DNA of 64,000 bases, taken from Candidatus Heimdallarchaeum endolithica. Lineage in GTDB: Archaea; Asgardarchaeota; Heimdallarchaeia; Heimdallarchaeales; Heimdallarchaeaceae. Below are positions 49,043-59,698 of the stretch, in pieces. The stretch spans positions 2,752,001-2,816,000 of the forward strand of contig CP084167.1 in NCBI GenBank assembly GCA_021513715.1. Direction: 5' to 3'. The stretch's first letter is position 1; every line of letters starts with the position of its first letter. Position numbers and translations under genes: made by a program. The notes beneath the pieces are model-generated. The model was not told where the DNA came from. It saw nothing but the letters and a program-made list of their open reading frames with translations, and searched no databases.

Positions 49043-49564
49043 TTACTCTTTTTCTGGTTGTTTTTCTACTTCGTTTTTTTGTTTCTTTTTTGTTTTTACA
49101 TAAAAGAATCTTAGAATAAGCAGTATTAATCCTGTAAAAAACATAATTGTTAAAATTAAATAGTCTGTTCGTAAGGACCAAAGACCAAAAAGTATACCTG
49201 TTTTTTTGCTAAAAGGATAAAAAAACATCATTTCAGGATAAATGATGGTGTCAAAAAAAATGTGTGAAACCAAAGCTATGAAACTTGATAAAAGAGAAAT
49301 AAATGGATTATAAGCCTTGATATGGCTTTCTAATTTCAGTATTTTGTATGTCCCCCAACTTAATAAAGAAGTTGGTAGTAAAAAAACAAATACACCAAAA
49401 AAACTGTGCATTATTCCGTGTAGTTTTCCTACTCCAAATATGATGTAAACTATAGGTTCAAGATCTATTATTACACAACCAATTAGTAAAGCAATAGGAT
49501 CTAATAAGAAAAAAATACTCCAAAGAAATATAGCGAAACCAAAATGAAATGGGGTAAATGGCAT
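49043..49564 (-). CDS. Membrane-bound metal-dependent hydrolase
   Basis: MPFTPFH, IIDLE, HGIMHS, SHIFFD with hydrophobic helices. Confidence 0.75.
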   Translation of the reverse strand: MPFTPFHFGFAIFLWSIFFLLDPIALLIGCVIIDLEPIVYIIFGVGKLHGIMHSFFGVFVFLLPTSLLSWGTYKILKLESHIKAYNPFISLLSSFIALVSHIFFDTIIYPEMMFFYPFSKKTGILFGLWSLRTDYLILTIMFFTGLILLILRFFYVKTKKKQKNEVEKQPEKE

Positions 49565-49609
49565 AAGTTGTAATTACTTTTATTATAAAAAAGCGTTTTT
49601 ATCAATAAT

Positions 49610-50173
49610 TCAGAACTCTTTTTTTGGAAGTAAACTTTTAGTAAAAATGTTTAACTCTTTTCTTGATTTAATAACAATAATCTTAGTGATTTTGCTTTTT
49701 TTTAGTTCTTGACATATTTCTTTGAATTTTTGCCTATTGAACTTTATACTCATTTTTGATAAGATAAAAAAGGCTGGTAAAAAGTTCTTCAATCCAACAT
49801 CTTTTTCTTTTATTTCTTTTGGTAAAGGGGTAATACTTTTGCTCTTTATTTTTAGATTTCTAAATAACGTTCTAATAAAGATATTCAATATGCACTGTAT
49901 TGCTGGGATTTTCAATATTATTGCAAGTTCTGCTTTTTCTAAAGCATAAGGTCTAATCTCTGAATAATTTCCATCTAAAATCCATTTCTCTTGTTTTAGA
50001 ATTGGCAGTATTTTTTCTTTAAGCTCCTCTTTTGAAGACTCTTGCCAACTTTTTTTCCAAAAGTAGTCATCAATTGAATATTTTGGTATTGAGAGAATGG
50101 CTGAAAGTTTGGTAGCCAAAAAGGTTTTTCCTGAACCTGGTGCACCGTAAACTACTATTCGAGAATAAGACAT
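49610..50173 (-). CDS. Adenylate-kinase-like P-loop protein (FlaR/topology-modulation family)
   Basis: GAPGSGKT, IDDYFW, WILDGNY. Confidence 0.85.
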   Translation of the reverse strand: MSYSRIVVYGAPGSGKTFLATKLSAILSIPKYSIDDYFWKKSWQESSKEELKEKILPILKQEKWILDGNYSEIRPYALEKAELAIILKIPAIQCILNIFIRTLFRNLKIKSKSITPLPKEIKEKDVGLKNFLPAFFILSKMSIKFNRQKFKEICQELKKSKITKIIVIKSRKELNIFTKSLLPKKEF

Positions 50174-50287
50174 TGACCTTAAGATTTCTTTAATTATTAT
50201 AAAGCTATTTTTATTTGAAAATCCCCACTTACCAAAAAACTAAAATTCTTTCTCTCGAAAGCGTTTTAAAACAAACTTGATTCGCAA

Positions 50288-50962
50288 ATGACTGCTGATA
50301 GACTATATGTTCCTCCTGCACAAAAAAAGATCTCCTCACAAGTAAGAAATTTCAGAGATTTGTCAAAATACTGTGAGGGTTATATAAAGCCAAGATTCAT
50401 TTTTCGTTCATCTTCTCTTATTCCTTACCAAAATGATAGTCTCTATAAAAATCTAAAACTGTTGGATGTTAATAGTATAATTGATCTGCGTTCTGAAATA
50501 GAATATTTGCGTGCTTCATACAATGATTGGTTCTTACGCGATATTCATCTTTATTGGGTTCATTTAGATATATCTATGCCTGACGAAGTGTTAGAAAAAC
50601 ATAATTTAACTTCTTTGCCCTTCTATAAACAGTTTATTTGGTATATTTTGCATTATAATCAAAAGGAACTCAGACGCATTTTTTCTGTTTTAGCTAATAA
50701 AAAAAATTATTCAATAGTTATTCATTGTCATGAAGGTAGAGATAGAACAGGAATTATAGCTGCACTGATTCTACTATTATTAGATGTGCCAGAAGAAAAT
50801 ATTATTCAAGATTATTTGGCAAGTGATATGAAGACACAATATTCTGATTTAGAATTCTTATTAGCTCAAATTACTGACTTTGGTGGAATAAGAGAATATT
50901 TGAAATCTATCTATGTTACAGAAGAAATGCAGTCTCAAATAAGAAGAATCCTTGCTCCTTAA
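50288..50962 (+). CDS. Protein-tyrosine/serine phosphatase (Y_phosphatase3 family)
   Basis: NFRDL, IIDLRS, CX5R loop HCHEGRDRTG, DYLAS. Confidence 0.92.
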   Translation: MTADRLYVPPAQKKISSQVRNFRDLSKYCEGYIKPRFIFRSSSLIPYQNDSLYKNLKLLDVNSIIDLRSEIEYLRASYNDWFLRDIHLYWVHLDISMPDEVLEKHNLTSLPFYKQFIWYILHYNQKELRRIFSVLANKKNYSIVIHCHEGRDRTGIIAALILLLLDVPEENIIQDYLASDMKTQYSDLEFLLAQITDFGGIREYLKSIYVTEEMQSQIRRILAP

Positions 50963-50997
50963 TAATTTTCTAACTTGTTTTTCATTTTGTCTTGAAA

Positions 50998-51633
50998 TTA
51001 AAATAATCCAAAATCATCTAAAATTTCTTTAACAGTTACTATATCCAGATTATAATACATCGCGATATCTTTGTTTTTTTGTCCTTTTAGTTTTTTTTCT
51101 ATAATGTCTGCAAGATTGTCAATGTTTTTTGTTTTCCTTCTTACTGAGGATATGTTTATTCCTGAGTTTCTTATTAATTTATTTAATGCTTTTTCTGTCA
51201 TATTTAGAAATTTGGCTATATCTTGGGTGTCAAATCCTTTGTTTTTCATATATATGTATCTAGCAACATTCAAAATATCTCTTTCGTACTTTTTTAAAGT
51301 AAGATTTTCCTCTTCTAATGTCAATCTTACAGAGTAATGTGATACTCCTACTATTTCACTAATCTCATAAATAGATTTACCTTGTTTAAATAAGGTAATT
51401 ATGCGTTTTTTTCTATTTTCATCATACTGATTTTTAGTTCTAATTGGAATATTATTATCCTTTAAAACTTTTGTAACAGTATGACGGTTGATTTTTAACC
51501 TGTCTGCAATTTTATAACTTGAAAGTCCCTGTAAATATAATTGTATTATCGATCTATTTCTTTCTGAAAGACTAGAAAGAAAACTCTGATTGATTTCCAT
51601 TATTCCTTTATCTCCTTTCTTACTAAAATGCAA
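50998..51633 (-). CDS. Tandem helix-turn-helix DNA-binding protein (about four HTH units)
   Basis: Repeated units (IIQLYLQGLSSYKIA; IITLFKQGKSIYEIS; KGFDTQDIA; KGQKNKDIA). Confidence 0.8.
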   Translation of the reverse strand: MHFSKKGDKGIMEINQSFLSSLSERNRSIIQLYLQGLSSYKIADRLKINRHTVTKVLKDNNIPIRTKNQYDENRKKRIITLFKQGKSIYEISEIVGVSHYSVRLTLEEENLTLKKYERDILNVARYIYMKNKGFDTQDIAKFLNMTEKALNKLIRNSGINISSVRRKTKNIDNLADIIEKKLKGQKNKDIAMYYNLDIVTVKEILDDFGLF

Positions 51634-51902
51634 TCAAATCACCTTCAGAGTTTTCTTAATACATGAACTTTGAAAAGAAAAAGAATACTCGCTTTTTCTT
51701 CCCAGATTTACATTGTAATCCATATTTATTAAATTAATGTTTTATTTTTTGTTTCACTTGACTTTTTTAATTTCTGTTGAAACGCTATTGTCTCCTATTT
51801 CTATTAACGCCTTCTCATTATAAAAACATTTTGAACGGGATTCTTTTATTGCAAAAAAGTAAAAAAGCTTTATATATTCACTAACAATTAATATGTTTAG
51901 AA

Positions 51903-52397
51903 ATGAAAAAGAGTATAAAAATAGCTTTAGTCACCATTTTAGTTTTTTCAAGCATAATGATATTTCCCTATCTTAACTACTCTTCCCATGCATTTAATAG
52001 AAAAAATGTAAGTGAGGAAGACTATATTCAATTTAGTATAAATGGAGCAACATATGGCGATTTTGATGGTGATGGAAATGAAGACGATATTGAGTGTTAT
52101 ATTGACATTCATTTTAATCCAGAAATAAACAGAAAAAAGGTTGAACTTTACGTTGAATTACATTTACCCAATGGTGATATTTTTATTTACAAAATAATGG
52201 TAAATACTTTTTTAACTGATGTGTCCTTGCATTTATTCTTTTATAATCATGCATATGTGTCCGGAGACTATATAATTATTGCTCATATATTCTTAGCACA
52301 GTTAGGTAATTACTATACTAATTGTTATGTTGTTTTTGATCCTCCACGAGAAGAAGAACCTGATTCTGATCCTATATTTGAATGCAAACTATGTTAA
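51903..52397 (+). CDS. Secreted hypothetical protein
   Basis: Signal peptide, DFDGDGNEDD Ca-binding-like loop, FDPP near the C-terminus. Confidence 0.7.
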   Translation: MKKSIKIALVTILVFSSIMIFPYLNYSSHAFNRKNVSEEDYIQFSINGATYGDFDGDGNEDDIECYIDIHFNPEINRKKVELYVELHLPNGDIFIYKIMVNTFLTDVSLHLFFYNHAYVSGDYIIIAHIFLAQLGNYYTNCYVVFDPPREEEPDSDPIFECKLC

Positions 52398-52450
52398 GTT
52401 AATAATTCCTATTCACCTGAAGAAGAATGAAATGTGTTTGAGGTTTTTCA

Positions 52451-53605
52451 ATGAGTTCAATTCCTATTACTTACCAAGATTATGAGATTTTACTTTTATT
52501 ACAAAATGAACCTACAATTTCCTTTAATCAAATTGCTAAAAAATTAGGTGTTACTCCTCCAACTGCTAAAAAGAAAGTAGAAAGTTTAAAAATAAGGAAT
52601 ATTTACAGAGGAAAAGCTGTATTATATAAACCAGAAAGTCTTAATCTTACAAGGTACTTTTTTATTCTTTATACTCCCTCTTTGGAATCTTTGCAACATT
52701 TGGAAGCAGCTTTAAAATATCATCCATACATCATTAGTAGAACAAGGTTTTATGGTTCCAGATTGGGTGTTTTTGCACAGTTTAATTATCCTAAAGAAAA
52801 AACTGAACTATTATTTGCTTTTGTTGATGCTTTAAAAAAGGAAGGATTTGTGAGTTCTTACCTTTATTATGAATCCTTAGGTTCTCGTCGCACAATGCAG
52901 ATTGATCTTGAGCGTCTATCTCTTTCTTCATTTAGGTGGACTTTTGATTGGGAAAAGTGTTACTCTAAATTACTTACAATTAATCCTTCTCCTCTTCCTT
53001 CTCCTAGCCCTTCAGTATTAGATAAAATGAAACCTGTTGACTTTAAGATTCTAGAAATTCTTACAAGAGGTAAAATTCCAAAAAATGATGGTGGATTTGA
53101 TTCAGAAATAACACAGAAAAAAATAAGTAATTATCTAAATATTGAGACAACTGAAATTTGGAGAAGGTATCACTTTTTACAAGAAAATGTTCTTTCAGGT
53201 TACTCTTCTAGGTTTAGTAGAGAATTTTTTAATATTAATAGTGAAAAAATAATTTTTATGACTTTTAAAGATGAGACAAAACTTAATAGATGTTTTACTC
53301 TCTTCACAGATGAAAAAGAAGGACCTCCTTTTAGGTATCATATCGAAGCTTATCGCGACTCTAAAGGTAGGAAACAATTGATTTTATATGTTTCTCTTCC
53401 TCAATATCATGAGGCTCATTTAATCTATACTTTAAGTAAAACCGCTAGTTTAAGGGTTTATAATGTAGATACAATTGGCAAGAGTTCTGTTAGTTATTCT
53501 TTTTATTCCGAAGCTTTTGATTTTAAAAAGAAAAAGTGGAAAGTAGAAGATCAATTTGTTTTAGATGGCCCATTAAAAGAAATTAAGGAAGAGTTAGAGT
53601 TATAA
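52451..53605 (+). CDS. Duplicated Lrp/AsnC-like winged-helix regulator
   Basis: Two HTH modules (DYEILLLL...IAKKLGVTPPT; DFKILEIL...ISNYLNI), each followed by an AsnC-like domain. Confidence 0.75.
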   Translation: MSSIPITYQDYEILLLLQNEPTISFNQIAKKLGVTPPTAKKKVESLKIRNIYRGKAVLYKPESLNLTRYFFILYTPSLESLQHLEAALKYHPYIISRTRFYGSRLGVFAQFNYPKEKTELLFAFVDALKKEGFVSSYLYYESLGSRRTMQIDLERLSLSSFRWTFDWEKCYSKLLTINPSPLPSPSPSVLDKMKPVDFKILEILTRGKIPKNDGGFDSEITQKKISNYLNIETTEIWRRYHFLQENVLSGYSSRFSREFFNINSEKIIFMTFKDETKLNRCFTLFTDEKEGPPFRYHIEAYRDSKGRKQLILYVSLPQYHEAHLIYTLSKTASLRVYNVDTIGKSSVSYSFYSEAFDFKKKKWKVEDQFVLDGPLKEIKEELEL

Positions 53606-53608
53606 ATA

Positions 53609-55192
53609 TTATTCTGATTCTTTTTCATCTGATTTCAGTTTTATCTCTTTTATCGGTGGTTCGGGAAGCTCTTCTATTGTTGAAAGTTTCTTTTCTAACT
53701 CTACTTTCTTAATGAATGCCTCATTTAATCTTATGCTCTTGACTACTTTTTCTAATTCCTCATCAGTTTTTCTTTTGTATGTTCCCCAATCTTTGGAATA
53801 TAATCCATATTTTTTAGCTAGATTTAATTCCCAGTTATCCAGTATTTTCTTTGTGTTCTTTATTGCTATTCTGTTTAGGATGAAAATACAATTGTCAATT
53901 ATTTGCCAGGCTTTTATTCTATGCTCTGAAGAGAGCTCTTCTTTATCTTTAGCTTGAATTAAACTGTTTATTAATCGAATAATCGTCTTTCTTAATTCTT
54001 CTACTGAATAGTCATATTCATCTACAATCTTTACTGCCAAAAGATTTGTTTCTGCAAGAGCTCTAGTTAGTTGTCCTTCCAACAGTGATGTGCTCCTGGA
54101 GAATTTGCGCTTTTCAAACCTCTTGCTTAAACTATTTATTACTTTTAATGATCTTTCTACATCTACTTTGGCATTACGTCTGAAAAATCTAATTATTCTT
54201 TTGCTTAAGGAAACACTTTCTTCTACAAATTTATCACTATACTTCTGTTTGCTCAGCTCTTCTAGTGCTTCTGAAACGCTTTCCATTACTCCTGGTTCAT
54301 TAATACTAAATTTCATCAGGAAATAAGCTATTTCCATTTTTGTATAATAGGAGACCTCTCCTAAATTTACCTTTAAAAATAGAATGATTTGACTTCTAGT
54401 ATCAAAATCTAGTTTTGTCAAAGAATCTGCCAAGTCCAATAAATGAAGAAATTTCAAAAGGTTTGATAATCCTATTTCCTTTGTTTCTGCGATGTCTTTT
54501 AGAAGTTTAAACACTATTGATTCCAGTATCTTATTTGTTTCAAGGTTTTTTGCCCCAATTAATGCCCATAATTCAGAAAATAGAGCTAATTGATCAATTT
54601 CTTCACTTTCTTCTCCTTTGAAGTGCCTTAAAAACCTTTTAATTAGCAGCTCCTCATGTTGATAGGCTTTTTGTATTGGTTTATATTTCTCCATGCTCTT
54701 CTTTAAATAACTGGAGAAATGTTCATCTTCTATATATTCTTCTATTTTTTCCTCTGCTTTTTTATCTCCTGAGATAAATCTTTCAAATAACTTTTCTCCT
54801 ACTTCTACTGGGACATTTGATAATCCAACATGCGCATCATAAAGTAGCCCTGTTGTTAATTCTACAAGTAAACTTTCTATAGTTTCCATTTTCTCAAGAA
54901 TCATTCCATGTTCATCTGAAAGTTTTTGTACACTTTTGATAATCAGAAAGTCAATCTCTTTTTGTTTTATTCCAAAAGCTTGTAATTCTTCTTGTAAAAC
55001 ATTTCTAAATAGTTCTAAACCCTTTTCTGATATCCCTTCTTGGTCTACATCAATCTTGTTTTTTTGTAATTTTTTCTTGATTCTCTTGTATAAAAAATCC
55101 CCTGCAGCTTTTCCTCCAAGGAATTTCCCAGCTTCAATTAAAATTGTGGACATCAGAGAAGCAAAGCTTACTGCAATAAACATATGTGTCAC
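53609..55192 (-). CDS. Hypothetical alpha-helical protein
   Basis: 527-aa ORF with an amphipathic N-terminus; no motif recognised. Confidence 0.7.
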   Translation of the reverse strand: MTHMFIAVSFASLMSTILIEAGKFLGGKAAGDFLYKRIKKKLQKNKIDVDQEGISEKGLELFRNVLQEELQAFGIKQKEIDFLIIKSVQKLSDEHGMILEKMETIESLLVELTTGLLYDAHVGLSNVPVEVGEKLFERFISGDKKAEEKIEEYIEDEHFSSYLKKSMEKYKPIQKAYQHEELLIKRFLRHFKGEESEEIDQLALFSELWALIGAKNLETNKILESIVFKLLKDIAETKEIGLSNLLKFLHLLDLADSLTKLDFDTRSQIILFLKVNLGEVSYYTKMEIAYFLMKFSINEPGVMESVSEALEELSKQKYSDKFVEESVSLSKRIIRFFRRNAKVDVERSLKVINSLSKRFEKRKFSRSTSLLEGQLTRALAETNLLAVKIVDEYDYSVEELRKTIIRLINSLIQAKDKEELSSEHRIKAWQIIDNCIFILNRIAIKNTKKILDNWELNLAKKYGLYSKDWGTYKRKTDEELEKVVKSIRLNEAFIKKVELEKKLSTIEELPEPPIKEIKLKSDEKESE

Positions 55193-55300
55193 TTTTTTTA
55201 TTGCGTTATTAATTTTAAAACTTGTTGAAATTCTAAGAGAAAAACTTTACTCTAATTTGAAATAAAAAAGTCCTGGTATTTTTCTTTTAGTAGTTTCATT

Positions 55301-55438
55301 CTATCTCGCATCACTTTTTTTTTCTCTTTTCTCTATTAACAGTCTTACCAGAACCTTGTTTATCTCTTTTTTTATCTCATCTGGAATGTCTAACTTCCTG
55401 ACGATTTTCCAATCTCTGTAGATTGTTATTCTATTCAT
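55301..55438 (-). CDS. Small 45-aa basic protein (absent from the ORF track)
   Basis: MNRITIYRDWKIVRKLDIPDEIKKEINKVLVRLLIEKREKKSDAR; GGGGGT RBS-like sequence upstream; fills an otherwise empty gap. Confidence 0.5.
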   Translation of the reverse strand: MNRITIYRDWKIVRKLDIPDEIKKEINKVLVRLLIEKREKKSDAR

Positions 55439-55637
55439 TTTATTACCCCCTTTTCTGGTGTACCTAGTACCACCAACATTTTTTAACTTAGATTTATACC
55501 AAAATAGAGAAAAGTCTATTCTATTTTTCTAGAACCTTCAAAAACTGTTAATCAAATCCTCTCTTTTCTTAAAAAAGCATTTTTTGCTAACTTTAAGAAC
55601 TTAGCACATTCTTTATATAATAAGGAGTGATGATTAT

Positions 55638-56171
55638 TTGAGAAGAATGAAACGAGCATTATATCTCGGGCGATTTAACCCTCCACATTATGGTCATGTT
55701 GAAGCTATAAAATATATATTAGCACAAGAAGATATAGACGAAGTTATTATTTTAATTGGGAGTGGAGAAAAAGCCTACTATCCTAAGAACCCTTTTACAG
55801 GCGGAGAAAGAGTAGAAATGATAGGTGCTATTATCAGAGAATATTTTGATATTTCCAAATTTTATATTCAAGCCATACCTGATTCTAACAGAAACTCTAT
55901 TTGGCCAGCCCATGCAATCGATCTTGTTCCCCCTTTTGATGTAATATTTACAAACAATCCCCTAGTTCAAGAGTTATTTAAAGACTTAACAACTAAAGAA
56001 ATAAGATCTATACCTTTGAATAATAGAAAAGAGTGGAGTGGAAAAGAAATTCGTAGACGAATGTTGGAAAATGAAAATTGGAGAGAATTTGTTCCTCCAG
56101 CTGTTGTTTCTTTAATTGAGAAATATGATGGAATAAATAGAATTAAGAAAATTAACCAAGACGATTATTAG
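55638..56171 (+). CDS. nadM: Archaeal nicotinamide-nucleotide adenylyltransferase
   Basis: GRFNPPHYGH, NPFTGGER, NNPLV, SGKEIRRRM, VPPAV. Confidence 0.92.
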   Translation: MRRMKRALYLGRFNPPHYGHVEAIKYILAQEDIDEVIILIGSGEKAYYPKNPFTGGERVEMIGAIIREYFDISKFYIQAIPDSNRNSIWPAHAIDLVPPFDVIFTNNPLVQELFKDLTTKEIRSIPLNNRKEWSGKEIRRRMLENENWREFVPPAVVSLIEKYDGINRIKKINQDDY

Positions 56172-56327
56172 TTTTAAATCAATGAAAATTAAAGCAAAAC
56201 TTTCCTCGATAATTTATAGTGTAAAATTTTTGATATAGTTGAAAAAAGTAAGACCTTGAAGTTAAAGAAATAAAAAAAGTAAAGACTTTTGTTGACTAAT
56301 TTTAATAATATTGAAATAAATATGTGA

Positions 56328-57158
56328 GTGAGTAGAATGAATTGGTATATTGTTCTTATAGGTACTTTAGCCTCTTTTGTAGCTGGAATATCCACTGCTA
56401 TAGGAGCTCTACCTGTTTTTTTTAAGAAAGATATATCTGATAAAACATTAGACATTTTATTAGGATTTGCTTCTGGTGTAATGTTAGCAGCTTCAGCTTT
56501 TAGCTTATTAGTTCCAGCATTAAATTTGAGTATTGAAGAAGGGGGAGGATTTTATATTGGTTCTGTACCTATAAAAAGCATATGGCTTGTTTCTATAGGG
56601 GTAATCACAGGAGCACTTTTTATTGACTTAATTGACAAATGGGCTCCTCATGAACATTTCGTGGCTGGTCCTGAAGGAAAAATAAGTAAAAGATTAGCAG
56701 CTACATGGTTGTTTATTATAGCAGTGACTATACATAATTTTCCTGAAGGTCTAGCAGTAGGAGTAAGTTTTGGAACTGAACAGATATCTAGTGGTATTAT
56801 TGTAGCTATGGCTATAGGATTACAAAATATCCCTGAAGGGACAGCTGTAGCCATGCCTTTACTAAGAGAAGGTTATAAGCAAAGAAAAGCATTCTTAATT
56901 GCTCTTTTTACAGGATTGGTTGAACCAGTCGGTGCTTTCATTGGGGTTGTAGCTGTATCAGTAGCTAAATTCTTTTTAGGTTTTGGAATGGCTTTTGCTG
57001 CTGGAGCGATGATATTTGTAGTAACTGATGAAATAATACCTGAAATGCATGGAAAGAAATATGCTAGACAAGTAACATTTGGGATAATTTTTGGTTTTGT
57101 ATTAATGATGTTCCTAGATAATTTTATAGAGCCTTTTTTGGAAACAATAATGAGATGA
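56328..57158 (+). CDS. ZIP-family metal transporter (ZupT/GufA)
   Basis: HNFPEG, QNIPEG, EPVG, GAMIFVVTDEIIPE. Confidence 0.95.
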   Translation: MSRMNWYIVLIGTLASFVAGISTAIGALPVFFKKDISDKTLDILLGFASGVMLAASAFSLLVPALNLSIEEGGGFYIGSVPIKSIWLVSIGVITGALFIDLIDKWAPHEHFVAGPEGKISKRLAATWLFIIAVTIHNFPEGLAVGVSFGTEQISSGIIVAMAIGLQNIPEGTAVAMPLLREGYKQRKAFLIALFTGLVEPVGAFIGVVAVSVAKFFLGFGMAFAAGAMIFVVTDEIIPEMHGKKYARQVTFGIIFGFVLMMFLDNFIEPFLETIMR

Positions 57159-57271
57159 ACCATTAGAGAGCACTATTATAGGCTGTGTCTTTTGTGTTCT
57201 CTTAGTTCAGTCCTCACAAATATTGATGTGTTGACTAGATAGGTAGAGCCTTGAAGAAATTGAGCAAAATT

Positions 57272-58582
57272 TCAACTCATTAGTCCTCCTCCTCCCTCCT
57301 CTTTCCTAGTCATTGCGGTTGTCCACCCTGTACGACCTAAAATACTAATAGATTTAGGAGGTTGTAATTTCACGAAATTTGGATCTTTTGAATTGCATAT
57401 TTTAGTAAAAGGACATTCTCTTAATTCAGGGAGCTTTTCTTGAATTCTTCTATTTCTACTTACGTAAATCTCTCCTTCTTGATACTTACAAGGAAGATCC
57501 TTAAAAATTAGACTAGCCCTTTTTCTTTCTCTTTTTTCTTCATAACAAACTTGGCATGTGCTATTCCTGCTAGAGTGCCAAAAGAAAGTGTGTCCTTCAC
57601 TGTCGCATTTGAAAAAAGATAATTTTTCTTTACATAATTCTTTTCCTATTATTTTGTAAATTAAATAGTCCATTTGACAAGGACTTTCTATGGTCTCTGT
57701 TGGATATTTGTCTTTCCATATTTCCCAAACCCTTCTCCAAGCTTTTGCATTCATTTTATCTAACAATACGTACTGATAGCAAAATATGTCTAAAAAACTA
57801 CTTATTAAAGGAATATCTGTTTTTAATATTCCAGTTCTTAATGCAACCCTTATTGTATTAACATCACTTGCTACATCAATTTTATCATAGTTTTTTCCTT
57901 GTGGCCAAACATTTAATTGCCGCATATCTCTTAAAAACATGTCAGTTTTTTTATTTCCAAAACCAGAACCCTTTAATTCTGTCAATAGTTTTCTTATTTC
58001 AAGATAATCTTCGTTAGCATATGAAAAAAGATCAAATGGTTCTAATCCATTTGAATAGAGAAATTCAGCTGTAATTTGTGCATATCTTAATCTTTTATCA
58101 GATTGCGACAACCCTTGAAGCTGTAGTTTTGCTAAAAACGTTTGTGGTTCTTCTAAAATAAATTTTATATCAAAAACTGATGGATCACTTCTATAAATCT
58201 CTGCAAATTCTGAAAAATTTCTAGAACCACGAAAATCTTGATTTGCAGTAAATAATCTAACTTTACAGATTTCTTCTTTTGTGAGATCTAATGTGTCATA
58301 TAGTTCTAAAAATATGTTTTTTCCATATTTGACAAATAAATCATGTAAAACATCAGCAACAGATTCACATTTTTCTTCATGTATGGTTGGATTTAGAATC
58401 TTTTTGTGGTTTTTCTCCCAAAATTTGTGAAAATCTGAAAAATACTCAAACTCTTGTTCAAAAACTTTTATTTTTCCGATTCCTTTGTAATTTGTGTAAA
58501 AATACTGATTTATATTTTTCAGCGTTCTTTTCTGCTCTTGGATATCAGAATGTTCAAGAATTGATTTAATGTCAAAGCTCAA
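57272..58582 (-). CDS. HhH-GPD DNA glycosylase-fold protein with Cys-rich insert
   Basis: HhH LKGSGFGNKKTDMFLRDM, GPD-like VASDVNTIRVALRTG, split FCL-like IGKELC...PC...ECPFTKIC, extra C/H...CQVC. AGGTGA RBS upstream. Confidence 0.7.
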   Translation of the reverse strand: MSFDIKSILEHSDIQEQKRTLKNINQYFYTNYKGIGKIKVFEQEFEYFSDFHKFWEKNHKKILNPTIHEEKCESVADVLHDLFVKYGKNIFLELYDTLDLTKEEICKVRLFTANQDFRGSRNFSEFAEIYRSDPSVFDIKFILEEPQTFLAKLQLQGLSQSDKRLRYAQITAEFLYSNGLEPFDLFSYANEDYLEIRKLLTELKGSGFGNKKTDMFLRDMRQLNVWPQGKNYDKIDVASDVNTIRVALRTGILKTDIPLISSFLDIFCYQYVLLDKMNAKAWRRVWEIWKDKYPTETIESPCQMDYLIYKIIGKELCKEKLSFFKCDSEGHTFFWHSSRNSTCQVCYEEKRERKRASLIFKDLPCKYQEGEIYVSRNRRIQEKLPELRECPFTKICNSKDPNFVKLQPPKSISILGRTGWTTAMTRKEEGGGGLMS

Positions 58583-58747
58583 ATAATCACCTTTTATTAA
58601 TTGAGTTTTTATGCTATTTGTTTCTTTCCTTTTTAAATTAATATTTTTGTTTTTAAATGTTGAAAAAAGATAACCAATTTAAAAATAATGAACATCTTTT
58701 TAATCTGAATTCTAATAGTGTTAATGAAGCAATAGGTTGGAATTTAG

Positions 58748-59683
58748 ATGCAAACAAAAAAGGAGAAAAATAGAAACGAAACATCTAGACAAACATTTAT
58801 TGAAAGTTATATCAATGATAAAAGAAAAAATAAATCTCCAACATTCAAAATTTCTCCTGAACCTGTTGTAAAATGGGCAGGAGGAAAACGTGGTCTTATT
58901 GAACAATATTCGCGTTATTTTCCATCAAACTTCAACTATTATTTTGAACCTTTCTTTGGAGGAGGAGCAGTTTTCTTTCATCTTTCCTCATTGGGTTTGA
59001 TAAAAAAAGCTAAGATTTCAGATATTAATTCTGAATTAATAAACATGTATATTGTAATTAGAGATAATGTAGAAGAACTTATTTTCGAATTGAAGTCTGG
59101 AAAATATTATAATGACAAAGAACAATATTACAAAATTAGAGCAGAAGAGCCAAATGATCCTGTTTTAAGAGCTGCTCGACTTATTTACCTTAATCATACT
59201 TGTTTCAACGGTTTATATAGAGTGAATAAGAAAGGTAAATTTAATGTTCCCTATGGAAGATACCCTAAAGATGTGAAAATTTTTGATGAAAACAATTTGA
59301 GAGAAGTTATGTTGTCCTTACAAAATGTGGAGATAACAGTAGAGGATTTTGAAGAATCTGTAAAAGAAGCTAAAAAAGGAGATTTCGTTTATTTTGATCC
59401 ACCATATGCACCTCTGACTAAAACTGCAGATTTTACAAGTTATACCAAAGAAGGTTTTGGTGAAAATGAGCAAAAAAGATTAGCTGAAGTGTTTAGACAA
59501 TTATGTGACAAAGGCTGTTATGTTATGGAAAGTAATTCTAGCGCCCAAATAATTAAAGATTTGTATTCAGAATTTAATATAATTACTGTACGCGCAAAAC
59601 GGTATATAAATAGTGACCCTTCTGGTAGAAAAGGAGTCGATGAGTTATTGATATTAAGTCCTAACCTTCTAGAAAGTGCCTAA
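58748..59683 (+). CDS. dam: Dam/DpnM-like N6-adenine DNA methyltransferase (alpha class)
   Basis: KWAGGK, EPFFGGGA, SDIN, FNGLYRVNKKGKFNVPYG, DPPY. Confidence 0.93.
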   Translation: MQTKKEKNRNETSRQTFIESYINDKRKNKSPTFKISPEPVVKWAGGKRGLIEQYSRYFPSNFNYYFEPFFGGGAVFFHLSSLGLIKKAKISDINSELINMYIVIRDNVEELIFELKSGKYYNDKEQYYKIRAEEPNDPVLRAARLIYLNHTCFNGLYRVNKKGKFNVPYGRYPKDVKIFDENNLREVMLSLQNVEITVEDFEESVKEAKKGDFVYFDPPYAPLTKTADFTSYTKEGFGENEQKRLAEVFRQLCDKGCYVMESNSSAQIIKDLYSEFNIITVRAKRYINSDPSGRKGVDELLILSPNLLESA

Positions 59684-59698
59684 TTTAGAAAATACCAT

